64,000 bases of DNA from Alphaproteobacteria bacterium (GTDB lineage: Bacteria; Pseudomonadota; Alphaproteobacteria; UBA2136; UBA6156): assembly GCA_027483385.1 (NCBI GenBank), contig JAIXUT010000030.1, forward strand, positions 2,659 to 66,658. The letters run 5' to 3'. Positions 9,190 to 18,077 of this stretch are shown here, piece by piece (the first letter of the stretch is position 1; each line of letters opens with the position of its first letter). Both the position numbers and the translations under genes were made by a program. A model generated the notes under the pieces. It did not search any database. It saw nothing but the letters and a program-made list of their open reading frames with translations, and was not told the DNA's origin.

Positions 9190-11532
9190 ATGCCTAGCAC
9201 CAACGCCCTCGTGATTGTCGAATCCCCCGCCAAGGCCAAAACCATAGAAGGCTATTTGGGCAAAGGCTACAAGGTGTTGGCCAGCTTCGGCCACGTGCGG
9301 GATTTACCGAGTAAAGAAGGCGCCGTGCAGCCCGACGCCGACTTTGCGATGAATTACCAGGTGAGCGACGCCAAAAGTGAAGCCACGCTGAAGGGCATCA
9401 TGGCGGCGGTGAAGGATGTGGATACTCTCTACCTCGCGACCGACTTGGACCGCGAAGGCGAGGCCATCAGCTGGCACGTATGGGAAGAGATTAAACGCCG
9501 CAACCCCAAAAAGGCCGCCACGCTGCACGTTCACCGCATCGAGTTTACCGAAATTACCAAAAGCGCTCTGCAGCAGGCCTTGCGTGAACCCCGCAGCCTG
9601 GCGTTGAACCTCATTAACGCCCAGCAAGCCCGCCGCGCACTGGATTACTTGGTAGGCTTTACCCTTTCCCCTGTGCTGTGGCGCAAGGTGAAGGGTGGCC
9701 TGAGTGCGGGCCGCGTGCAAAGCGTGGCGCTGCGCCTGATTGCCGAGCGCGAAGACGCCATCGAGGCCTTTAAGCCCGAAGAATTCTGGAGCCTGCACGG
9801 CGCCTTTACCACCCAAAGCGGCAAGCCGCTGCCCAGCAACCTGGTGCAGTATGCGGGTAAAAAGGTCGAGAAATTTTCCTTTACCAATGAAGACGCTGCC
9901 AAAAAGGCTCAAGCCGCGTTGTTGCCAAACAAATACGCGGTACAAAGTGTGGACAGGGCCGACAAACGCCGCTACCCCAGCCCGCCCTTTATTACCAGCA
10001 CGCTGCAGCAGGAAGCCGCCCGCAAGCTGGGGTTTGCCGCCCGCCGTACCATGCAGACCGCCCAGCGGCTGTACGAAGCCGGGCATATTACCTATATGCG
10101 GACCGACAGCGTCAATCTGGCCAACGAAGCCATCGCCGCCCTGCGCACCCTGATTGGCCAAAAGTACGGCCCTGAATTTGTACCAAGCGCACCGCTGACT
10201 TATAAAAGCAAAAGCAAAAACGCGCAGGAAGCCCACGAGGCCATCCGCCCCACCAACCCCGCCGCCTTACCCAATCAGCTGGGGCTGGAAGACGACCAGG
10301 CGCGGCTCTATAACCTGATTTGGCAACGCACCTTGGCATGCCAAATGGCCCCTGCGCGGCTGGAACAAACCACCATCACCATTCAAAGCCAGCCCGACCA
10401 GTTCCATCATTTCCGTGCCACCGGCAGCGTGATTTTGTTTCAGGGGTTCCTGGCAGCGTACCAAGAAGGCCGCGATGACGACGCCACCGATGACGATGGC
10501 GACGCGATTTTACCCGCCGTGACTGAAGGAGAGGTGTTAAAAACCCGCACCATCGATGCCGAGCAGCACTTTACCCAGCCGCCGCCGCGTTTTACTGAAG
10601 CCACGCTGGTGAAAACGCTCGAAGAATATGGCATCGGGCGGCCAAGCACCTACGCCAGCATTACCGCGACAATTCAAGACCGCGGCTACGTCAGGCTCGA
10701 GCAAAAGCGCTTTTTCCCTGAAGATGTGGGCCGCATTGTGAGCAAATTTCTGGTCGAGCACTTCGGCCAGTACGTGGATTACAACTTTACCGCCGAAATG
10801 GAAGACGAGCTGGACGCCGTGGCGCGTGGCGAGCACGACTGGAAGCCGATGCTGCGGAAATTCTGGCAGCCTTTCAAGGCGTTAACGGTGGAAAAGATGG
10901 ATTCGGTGAAAAAATCCGACGTCACCACCGAGGCCACAGGCGAGGCCTGCCCCACCTGCGGGATAGGCGAACTGGTGTACCGCCTCGGTAAATATGGCCG
11001 CTTTAAAGGCTGCAATCGCTACCCCGAGTGCAATTATATTGAAAAAACAGGCGTTGCGGCGAGCCCTGGCGAAAGCACCGGCATTGCCTGCCCGCAATGC
11101 ATTGAAAAAAACCTGCCCGAAAAGGGCGTGCTGATGAAAAAAACCAGCCGCTTGGGCAAAATATTTTATAGCTGCAGTACGTACCCCACTGATAATTATG
11201 CGGTTTGGGACGTGCCGATTGACCAACCCTGCCCCAGCTGCAAGTGGGGGATTGTGACCCAAAAGAGCAGCAAAAAGTACGGCGAATGGCTGAAATGCCC
11301 CAACTGCGGCTGGAACGACAACCAAGAAGCCTTCGATGCCGCCGCCGCCTTTCGGGCCCGTTTTACTAAGGGCAAGGAAGCCGCTGCCGCTAAAAAAGCC
11401 AGCGTGGCCGCCGAAAAGAAGGCCGCCACGGCTGCCAAACGGGCCGCAACCAAGGCGGCCAGCAAACCTGCCGCCAAGGCTGCCACTAAGGCTAAGTTAG
11501 CGGTGAAAAAGGCCACCAAAGCCAAAAAGTAA
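9190..11532 (+). CDS. topA: DNA topoisomerase I
   Basis: 780 aa with a Toprim N-terminus LVIVESPAKAKTIEGYLG. C-terminal Zn-ribbon repeats and a Lys/Ala-rich tail. Confidence 0.95.
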   Translation: MPSTNALVIVESPAKAKTIEGYLGKGYKVLASFGHVRDLPSKEGAVQPDADFAMNYQVSDAKSEATLKGIMAAVKDVDTLYLATDLDREGEAISWHVWEEIKRRNPKKAATLHVHRIEFTEITKSALQQALREPRSLALNLINAQQARRALDYLVGFTLSPVLWRKVKGGLSAGRVQSVALRLIAEREDAIEAFKPEEFWSLHGAFTTQSGKPLPSNLVQYAGKKVEKFSFTNEDAAKKAQAALLPNKYAVQSVDRADKRRYPSPPFITSTLQQEAARKLGFAARRTMQTAQRLYEAGHITYMRTDSVNLANEAIAALRTLIGQKYGPEFVPSAPLTYKSKSKNAQEAHEAIRPTNPAALPNQLGLEDDQARLYNLIWQRTLACQMAPARLEQTTITIQSQPDQFHHFRATGSVILFQGFLAAYQEGRDDDATDDDGDAILPAVTEGEVLKTRTIDAEQHFTQPPPRFTEATLVKTLEEYGIGRPSTYASITATIQDRGYVRLEQKRFFPEDVGRIVSKFLVEHFGQYVDYNFTAEMEDELDAVARGEHDWKPMLRKFWQPFKALTVEKMDSVKKSDVTTEATGEACPTCGIGELVYRLGKYGRFKGCNRYPECNYIEKTGVAASPGESTGIACPQCIEKNLPEKGVLMKKTSRLGKIFYSCSTYPTDNYAVWDVPIDQPCPSCKWGIVTQKSSKKYGEWLKCPNCGWNDNQEAFDAAAAFRARFTKGKEAAAAKKASVAAEKKAATAAKRAATKAASKPAAKAATKAKLAVKKATKAKK

Positions 11533-11549
11533 GCCCGTAAGGGGGGGGC

Positions 11550-11670
11550 TGTCATCCTGAGCGCAGCGAAGGACCCAGGTCTTTGTTTTAATTTATCTTA
11601 AGGTTCCGTTTAAGGTGCAGTGCCGTCTTTGGCCTCACACCTGGGTCCTTCGGCAAGCCTCAGGATGACA
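11550..11670. repeat. MITE-like inverted-repeat element, copy A (121 bp)
   Basis: Arms of about 31 nt: TGTCATCCTGAGCGCAGCGAAGGACCCAGGT and ACCTGGGTCCTTCGGCAAGCCTCAGGATGACA. Arms are separated by a 59-nt AT-rich spacer. The flanking G8 and C5 tracts extend the complementarity. Confidence 0.7.
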
Positions 11671-11842
11671 CCCCCTTATATATCAGGGCGCTCCCTATCT
11701 TTTTCACCCCGCCCCCTTGTATACTACATACACTGTGCCTATAACTTCATCACCAGAAATGGGCTTTCTTATGGCCCATGGGCCATCGGAATACCTGTTT
11801 CATCACCCTTGGGCCACGCCGTGGCCCGCACAGGAGATTACC

Positions 11843-12550
11843 ATGATCAAGATCACGATTGCCGCCGCCTTCGCCATGCTCATCTCGGCCTTCAGCGCGT
11901 TCGCCCAGCCTAATGCTGTGATTCCCTATGGCACGGGCGCCTCGGTCGATGTTGCCTGCCAAGGCACATCTACGACGGTTGCAATCACTTGGGCCACTGG
12001 CCCTGGTGGTTGCCCTGCGTACCTATCTTTGACAGATGTCGGCCGTATGGTTGCGGCTGGCGTTACTGAAGGGTGGATTCGCGGAATGGTGGCGGGCTAC
12101 CCCTACGCTGTTCGGGTGGATATTCGCAACGGTGTCGCGCACATTAACCCCTGGAACAAGTGGCCAGGTGAAGCAGGCCGCACCTTCCTCGCTCGTACTG
12201 CCCATGACGTCCACGCCGCCGAGCGGCGGGGAAGGAGCCGCAAGGTCTCCCAACCCGCCGCACACGGCGACAGCCGCCACGCCATCGCCGCCGAAAGGCG
12301 TGCGGCGGCACTTGCGGCCGCTGAACAGCGTCGCGCCCACCAGCAAGCGGCCACCGTCTACCACGCGGAACGCCGTGCCGCTGCCAAAGCTGCTCGTGCC
12401 GCACACGCGGAACGGGCAGCCTACGCTGCGGCCCAGCGCCATGTCGCAAGGCCGTTGCAGGGGCAACAGCCACGCGTTTCGGGGCGTTGCCCCGGGGGGT
12501 GCTCTATTACCCTGAATGCGAGGACGATGTACGTCACAATCGAAAAGTGA
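11843..12550 (+). CDS. secreted protein of unknown function, paralog 1
   Basis: RBS aggaga. Signal peptide MIKITIAAAFAMLISAFSAFAQP. Ala/Arg-rich HAERRAAA repeats. C-terminus SITLNARTMYVTIEK shares a motif with the next gene. Confidence 0.6.
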   Translation: MIKITIAAAFAMLISAFSAFAQPNAVIPYGTGASVDVACQGTSTTVAITWATGPGGCPAYLSLTDVGRMVAAGVTEGWIRGMVAGYPYAVRVDIRNGVAHINPWNKWPGEAGRTFLARTAHDVHAAERRGRSRKVSQPAAHGDSRHAIAAERRAAALAAAEQRRAHQQAATVYHAERRAAAKAARAAHAERAAYAAAQRHVARPLQGQQPRVSGRCPGGCSITLNARTMYVTIEK

Positions 12551-12783
12551 TGTGCATCGTTCCACCAAAGCCCGTTGCCTCTCCATAGTTTGGAGTGTGC
12601 AGCGGGTTTTTGTGTTTTTTATTAAATTAACTATTGCATACACCTCGGATACGTTTTATGAGTTGGCGGTCGGAATGGGCAAATCTTTCACCAGATGCGC
12701 CCGACGGGGCGCATCATCCCATTTCTTTTTCTATGGGCAGCCATACGTAAGCTGCCTCACATCCTCCTTGAAAGGAGAACACC

Positions 12784-13578
12784 ATGAAGACCTCTGGACT
12801 GTTGGCGGCAATGTTTGCTGCTTCCCTTGCCACTCCCGCAGTCGCGCAGTGGAATTTCTGGCCGTTTGGCAGTGGAAATACCGTCGTTGCTGCAGCTTCG
12901 ACACCAACGGCTACGGCCCCAACGGCAACGGCGCCGACGTCAACGCCCGAGCAGATTGCTCAGGCCGCGGCAGCAGCGGCCACGCCAGCCCCGGCGCATG
13001 TTGCAAACTCCGCCCCCCCTGCGGTTGCCCCTGCGGCCCCTGCGGTTACCCCTGTGGCACCTGCTGCTGCTCCGCCTCCTGCGGCCCCCCCTGTTGAACG
13101 TCCGCCCGTGCGAGCAATCGATGGTGTTGTACCTCATCCAGGGGCACCCGTGCCAGTGCCGTTGGAAGTGACGGTTAACGGGCAGCCCGCTCGCACCAAC
13201 GTTGAGGCAAACCCGCAGGCCAATTCGGCGCCGAGCACGGCCAACGCGTCAACGGGAGCAATTCATATCAACCTTACGTTTCCGCCACCGCCTGCCCCGC
13301 CGCCTACCCCGATCGTGGCGACCCAGACCTGCCCCGCCGGGCAGACCTGCACCATCACGGACACCAAGGCAACGCACATCCCACAGCCGAAGGCCGCATC
13401 TGCGACCAAGGTGAAGGAACGTGTGATCTATCGCAAGGTGTATGTTGAACGTCCCCACAAGGTTCGGCACCACCACGCACCTCCACGGCACTACACCAAG
13501 CAGGTCACCCTCAATGCGAACATGATGTATGTTCGCATCGGCGACAAGTCCAGCGGCCACTTCGGCAGCTGGTGGTGA
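12784..13578 (+). CDS. secreted Pro/Ala/Thr-rich protein of unknown function, paralog 2
   Basis: RBS aaggaga. Signal peptide MKTSGLLAAMFAASLATPAVAQ. Contains TPTATAPTATAPTSTP repeats. C-terminus KQVTLNANMMYVRIGDK carries the shared motif. Confidence 0.65.
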   Translation: MKTSGLLAAMFAASLATPAVAQWNFWPFGSGNTVVAAASTPTATAPTATAPTSTPEQIAQAAAAAATPAPAHVANSAPPAVAPAAPAVTPVAPAAAPPPAAPPVERPPVRAIDGVVPHPGAPVPVPLEVTVNGQPARTNVEANPQANSAPSTANASTGAIHINLTFPPPPAPPPTPIVATQTCPAGQTCTITDTKATHIPQPKAASATKVKERVIYRKVYVERPHKVRHHHAPPRHYTKQVTLNANMMYVRIGDKSSGHFGSWW

Positions 13579-13653
13579 CCCCCACCTCATACAACTCAAC
13601 GGCCAGCTCCCTTCCATAAGGAGCTGGCCGTTTTGGCGTTTCGCGAATAGTTT

Positions 13654-13995
13654 TCAGGCTGGTGGCGCGCAGCGGGCGGCAAAGGCTGCCCCGCCACGCC
13701 CCGTATTGAGGTCCCAGCCTTCGCCGCCGTAGTCGGGCGCCTCCCAGATCAGCTGCGTTTGCAGCAGGTTGCGGGCGCCGAGCGCATGCAGGCGGGCTTG
13801 GATATCTTTCAGCCCTTCACGCCAGGCGGTAGCCCGGCTGGCACGGGAGGGCCCGCCTGCACCCCCTACCAATTCCATGGTGACGGGGTCGACGGCCCCT
13901 TGCGGCCAGACGGAAAACACCGCCTTGTGCACACCGCAGGTGGAAAGAAGCGCTTGTAAGGCGGCGCGAAGTTCAGTGAGTTCGGACATGTTCAT
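13654..13995 (-). CDS. hypothetical cytoplasmic protein (113 aa)
   Basis: RBS ggagggg 4 nt before the ATG at 13995. No recognisable motif. Confidence 0.45.
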   Translation of the reverse strand: MNMSELTELRAALQALLSTCGVHKAVFSVWPQGAVDPVTMELVGGAGGPSRASRATAWREGLKDIQARLHALGARNLLQTQLIWEAPDYGGEGWDLNTGRGGAAFAARCAPPA

Positions 13996-14203
13996 AGCCC
14001 CTCCAGGGCCAAGGTTGCGCCACGGCACAGCGTGGCTAGGGGAATTTTACGCTTTACGAAGCTTGGGGAAAAGGTCAGGTCTCAGGGGCGGAACGCAAAT
14101 ATACTGGCTAAGCCAGCAGCAGGTTCAGCAGGAGACAAGACTTAATCACCAAAGTATCTTGGCAGGCCAAAAATTAAAAATCAAGCCCTGAAGTAAAAAA
14201 CTG

Positions 14204-14232
14204 TGTCATCCTTCGCTTTGCTCAGGATGACA
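14204..14232. repeat. MITE-like element, truncated copy B (29 bp hairpin)
   Basis: TGTCATCCttcgctttgctcAGGATGACA. Its right half matches the right arm of copy A (ttcg..gcctcaggatgacacc). It overlaps the pip stop codon. Confidence 0.6.
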
Positions 14233-15196
14233 CCGCCCCAAGCTGAGCGGCTAAAGTATCCAGCGCTTTCACCCGCGCGGCTTCCATGGCGGGCGTGCCG
14301 CGGTGGCCGCAGGCAGGGACGATTTCTAATGTTGGGTTGCCGCCTGCTGCGCGCAGGGCTTCAGCAAGGCGGTACGCGCCGGCGGGTGGGCAGACCATAT
14401 CTTGCAGCCCTTGCTGAATGTAAATTGGTAAATGGGCCAGCTTGTGGGTATTGGCCAGCAGTTGGCCAGGTTGTAAATCGCAGCGGCGGCTGTAAGCGGT
14501 AGCTTGAATGAGCGCGTTGGTGGCGCCAACGGGGCTATTGAAGTACGCGTGCAATTCGGCGGGGTTTACTACCAAATCAGCGGCAAGCCCGTGGCAGGTG
14601 ATCATGGCGTGAATAGCTTCGGGGCCTTGGGCGACCAGTTCCTGAATCATCGCCAGCCCCAGTGCATTTGGCGCGAGTTTACGCAGCTCGGCAAATTCGG
14701 CAGGAAAAAACAGCGCGAGGCCGTTGGGTTGCGTGGCCCATTGCCAGGTAAAGTCTTCATCGGGGAAAAAACACGCCGAAAGACACAGGCTGCGCACAGA
14801 ATGGGTGAAGGCTTCGGCATAGGCCAAGGCCAAAGCACTCCCCCAGCTGCTGCCATACAGGGTGGCCCATTGCGGCATATTTAAGTGTTGGCGAATCCGT
14901 TCGCAATCGGCCACCAGGTGTGTCGTGGTGTTGGCATGCAGCGGGCCTTCCGCTGGCGGCGTACTGCGCCCGCAGCCACGTTGGTCGAAGCAAACAATCC
15001 GCCATAGGTTAGGGTTAAACCGCTGGCGGTGGCTGGGCTTGCAGCCGCTCCCTGGCCCGCCGTGCAGCACCAAAGCTGGCAGGCCGTTGGGGTTACCCGA
15101 TTCTTCCACATACAGCGTGTGGCCGTCGCCAACCTCCAGCATGTGGGTGGCAAAGGGTTCGATGGCGGGGTACAGCTGGGTGAGGGGGTCAATCAT
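14222..15196 (-). CDS. pip: prolyl aminopeptidase (proline iminopeptidase, alpha/beta-hydrolase family S33)
   Basis: LHGGPGSGC and GSSWGSALALAYA (nucleophile elbow). Start placed at MIDPLTQLYP. Confidence 0.85.
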   Translation of the reverse strand: MIDPLTQLYPAIEPFATHMLEVGDGHTLYVEESGNPNGLPALVLHGGPGSGCKPSHRQRFNPNLWRIVCFDQRGCGRSTPPAEGPLHANTTTHLVADCERIRQHLNMPQWATLYGSSWGSALALAYAEAFTHSVRSLCLSACFFPDEDFTWQWATQPNGLALFFPAEFAELRKLAPNALGLAMIQELVAQGPEAIHAMITCHGLAADLVVNPAELHAYFNSPVGATNALIQATAYSRRCDLQPGQLLANTHKLAHLPIYIQQGLQDMVCPPAGAYRLAEALRAAGGNPTLEIVPACGHRGTPAMEAARVKALDTLAAQLGAVSS

Positions 15197-15284
15197 GGCC
15201 ACAATTATGCCAGTTTCAGGGTTGGCAAACAAGGCGTAATGGCTTAGTTTATGCGGATATAAAGCTTAACAAAGGATACGCCCC

Positions 15285-17270
15285 ATGCCCCGCCTGACAC
15301 TCCCCGATGGTTCAATGCGGGAGTACAACGGCACCACCACGGGGGCCGAAGTTGCCGCCAGCATCGGTGCAGGGCTGGCCAAGGCGGCGGTGGCGATTGT
15401 GGTGGATGGTAAGCAGCAGGATTTAAGTGAACCCATTGCCAAAGACGCCAGTATCCGCATTTTAACTGTGAAAGACCCCGAAGGGTTAGAGGTGGTGCGC
15501 CACAGCCTCACCGCCCAAGTGCTGGCCCGTGCGGTGAAGGAGCTATACCCCACCGCCCGCCTGGCGATTGGCCCCACCATTGACGATGGCGCCTATTACG
15601 ACATTGCCTTTGCGGCACCGATTTCTTCCGATGACTTGCCAAAACTCGAAGCGCGGATGAAGGAAATTTTAACCGAAGATAAGGCCGTTATGCGCGAGCT
15701 GTGGGAGCCTGAAGACTTAAACAAACATTTCGCCAAAACCGGCGATGATTTCAAGCAACGCCTGATTGACGGCGCGGTGGCCAAAGGTGAGTTGGTGAAT
15801 GACAAGGTTTCTGCCTACCGCCAAGTAGGGAGCCGTGTGAATGGCGTGGAGTTTGTCGACCTCTGCCGTGGCCCGCACGTGCCGAACCTCAAAAACATCA
15901 CGCTGGCGTTTACGCTTTCCAACCTGGCAGGCGCCTACTGGCAAGGGAACAGCGAAAATGAACAGCTCACCCGCATTTACGTGCGCGCCTTCGCCACGCA
16001 AAAGGAACTGGACGCCTACCTGTTCATGCGCGCCGAAGCCGAAAAGCGTGACCACCGCAAACTTGGGCCGGCGCTGGATTTATTCCACTTCCAAGATAAC
16101 GCGCCCGGCCAACCCTTCTGGCACCCCAAGGGCTGGACGGTGTACTTGGAACTGACCCACTTCATGCGCAAAAAGCTTTCCGCGCACGGGTATCAGGAAA
16201 TCAACACGCCCAAGCTGGTGCATAAATCCCTTTACGAAGCCAGCGGCCACTGGGCCAATTATTTTGAAGACCTCTTTTTGGTGAAGGAGGAAAAAGAGGG
16301 CAAGGTTATTGATATTTACAGCCTGAAGCCGATGAACTGCCCCTGCCACGTGCAGGTGTTTAACCACGGGATTAAAAGCTACCGCGATTTGCCCCTGCGT
16401 TTGGCCGAGTTTGGCAGTTGCATGCGCAACGAAGCCCGCGGCGCGCTGCATGGCCTGATGCGCGTGATTGGCTTTACCCAAGATGACGCGCATATTTTCT
16501 GCACCGAAGACCAGTTGCAGGCCGAAGCATTGGGCTTTTGCAGCTTGCTGAAGGAAGTTTACGCCGACCTCGGCTTTACCGATTATTATGTACGGCTTTC
16601 CACGCGGCCTGAAAAACGCATTGGTACCGAAGAGCTGTGGGACAAAGCCGAAGCGGCATTGGAAGCGGCCGTAAAAGCGGCAGGGATTGACTGGAAACTG
16701 AACCCGGGCGACGGCGCCTTTTACGGCCCCAAGCTGGATTTTGTGCTGCGCGATTCCATCGGGCGCGAATGGCAATGCGGCACCCTGCAGGTGGACCCAA
16801 ACATGCCCACCCGCCTGGGCGCGCTGTACACCAACGAAGCGGGTGCGCGGGTGCCGTGCATGATGCTGCACCGCGCCGTACTGGGCAGCTTGGAACGCTT
16901 TATGGGGATTTATATTGAAAACTGCGAAGGCAAGTTCCCTACCTGGTTGGCACCAATTCAAGCGGTAATTATCCCGATTACCGACGGCCAGAATGCCTAT
17001 GCCGCCGAAGTGCAGGCGCTGCTGCAGGGCAGCAGCATTGTCACCGCCACAGGTGGCCTGCGCACCGAAATTGATACCAGCAGCGAACGGATGCAGAAGA
17101 AAATCCTCGTCGCCCAGCAACAGAAGGTGCCCTACATGCTGGTGGTGGGGAAGGCCGAGGCCGAAGCGGGGACGGTGGCCGTGCGCCTGCGCGATGGCAC
17201 CGACTTGGGTGCGATGCCGATTGGCGTCTTTCTGCAACGGGTGGGGTTGGAAATTGCTTCACGTAGCTAA
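15285..17270 (+). CDS. thrS: threonine--tRNA ligase
   Basis: 661 aa with the TGS domain, class II motifs and an anticodon-binding domain. N-terminus MPRLTLPDGSMREY. Not followed by infC-rpmI-rplT. Confidence 0.95.
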   Translation: MPRLTLPDGSMREYNGTTTGAEVAASIGAGLAKAAVAIVVDGKQQDLSEPIAKDASIRILTVKDPEGLEVVRHSLTAQVLARAVKELYPTARLAIGPTIDDGAYYDIAFAAPISSDDLPKLEARMKEILTEDKAVMRELWEPEDLNKHFAKTGDDFKQRLIDGAVAKGELVNDKVSAYRQVGSRVNGVEFVDLCRGPHVPNLKNITLAFTLSNLAGAYWQGNSENEQLTRIYVRAFATQKELDAYLFMRAEAEKRDHRKLGPALDLFHFQDNAPGQPFWHPKGWTVYLELTHFMRKKLSAHGYQEINTPKLVHKSLYEASGHWANYFEDLFLVKEEKEGKVIDIYSLKPMNCPCHVQVFNHGIKSYRDLPLRLAEFGSCMRNEARGALHGLMRVIGFTQDDAHIFCTEDQLQAEALGFCSLLKEVYADLGFTDYYVRLSTRPEKRIGTEELWDKAEAALEAAVKAAGIDWKLNPGDGAFYGPKLDFVLRDSIGREWQCGTLQVDPNMPTRLGALYTNEAGARVPCMMLHRAVLGSLERFMGIYIENCEGKFPTWLAPIQAVIIPITDGQNAYAAEVQALLQGSSIVTATGGLRTEIDTSSERMQKKILVAQQQKVPYMLVVGKAEAEAGTVAVRLRDGTDLGAMPIGVFLQRVGLEIASRS

Positions 17271-17339
17271 ATAAGTCTTGCATACGGTTTTTGGGTGGGG
17301 TAGGCATTTTTTACTTCAACCCGAGCCCAAGGAGGTTTC

Positions 17340-17540
17340 ATGGACGGGGAAATTGATGTTTCAACTGCAGCTGAAAAAGCTGCTGAAATGGGAACCATTA
17401 CGGTTTCTCCCGCGCTGCCAGACTTTCCTCGGCCTGGAAATCGGGCAGATGTCGACCACCTGAACCAGCTGGCTTCGACAGATGAGAAGCGCCGGTCATG
17501 GTACATGTGGCACCCGCCAGCACAGCGTACCGAACACTGA
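17340..17540 (+). CDS. hypothetical small protein (66 aa)
   Basis: RBS aaggagg 6 nt upstream of the ATG. No known motif. Confidence 0.45.
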   Translation: MDGEIDVSTAAEKAAEMGTITVSPALPDFPRPGNRADVDHLNQLASTDEKRRSWYMWHPPAQRTEH

Positions 17541-17563
17541 TTCGGCGCCCGAAACGAGCAAAC

Positions 17564-17595
17564 GCCGGCACCCAATGGGGGCCGGCGTTTAAGCT
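17564..17595. terminator. hairpin terminator between convergent small genes
   Basis: gccggcacccaatgggggccggc followed by gtttaagcttt. Confidence 0.4.
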
Positions 17596-18002
17596 TTCGC
17601 GCGAAGAAATGTAGCCCAATGTGCGTGGGCCTGTTGCAGCTGCTGCGTCGCATCGGCCAAGCTTTCGCTACCAATTGCACGCAGGCAACTATCCAAAGCC
17701 AGAACCCGAAATCGCTGATTACCTAACGGGCGCTTCAGCGCACCATCTACCATTGGTTGCAGCAAGCGTTGCAGCTTCCAGAGGCAAATGCGTAGCCCCC
17801 GCTCATTTCCATTATTTAGCGCCTGAAGAGCAAACTTATGGCGCTGCTGGGCCCCTTTGCCGTGCTCATGTTGAAAATCATCAGTACAGATTTTAGCAAT
17901 CAGGCTTAAGGCCTGTTGGTAGAGTGGCGCCCATTCAGGGAGCCGTATTTCAGGTTGGCTCGCTGCTGGGCGAGCACGGTCAGTCCGTGTCGCCCCATGC
18001 AT
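17589..18002 (-). CDS. hypothetical protein (137 aa)
   Basis: RBS aggaga 5 nt before the ATG. No recognisable domain. Confidence 0.45.
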   Translation of the reverse strand: MHGATRTDRARPAASQPEIRLPEWAPLYQQALSLIAKICTDDFQHEHGKGAQQRHKFALQALNNGNERGLRICLWKLQRLLQPMVDGALKRPLGNQRFRVLALDSCLRAIGSESLADATQQLQQAHAHWATFLRAKA

Positions 18003-18077
18003 GGGAGTCTCCTAGGTATGAGAAACAGGAATGTTGCGGCCTGCATACATACTTACATTGTATAAATCAAGCAAAAA

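Noticed and set aside
16080-17237. 385-aa minus-strand ORF inside thrS; similar long antisense ORFs inside topA (9304..10236), fabF (58155..58934) and fusA (62169..63920)
   Set aside because: They overlap confidently identified housekeeping genes on the opposite strand. This is a high-GC stop-codon-depletion artefact.
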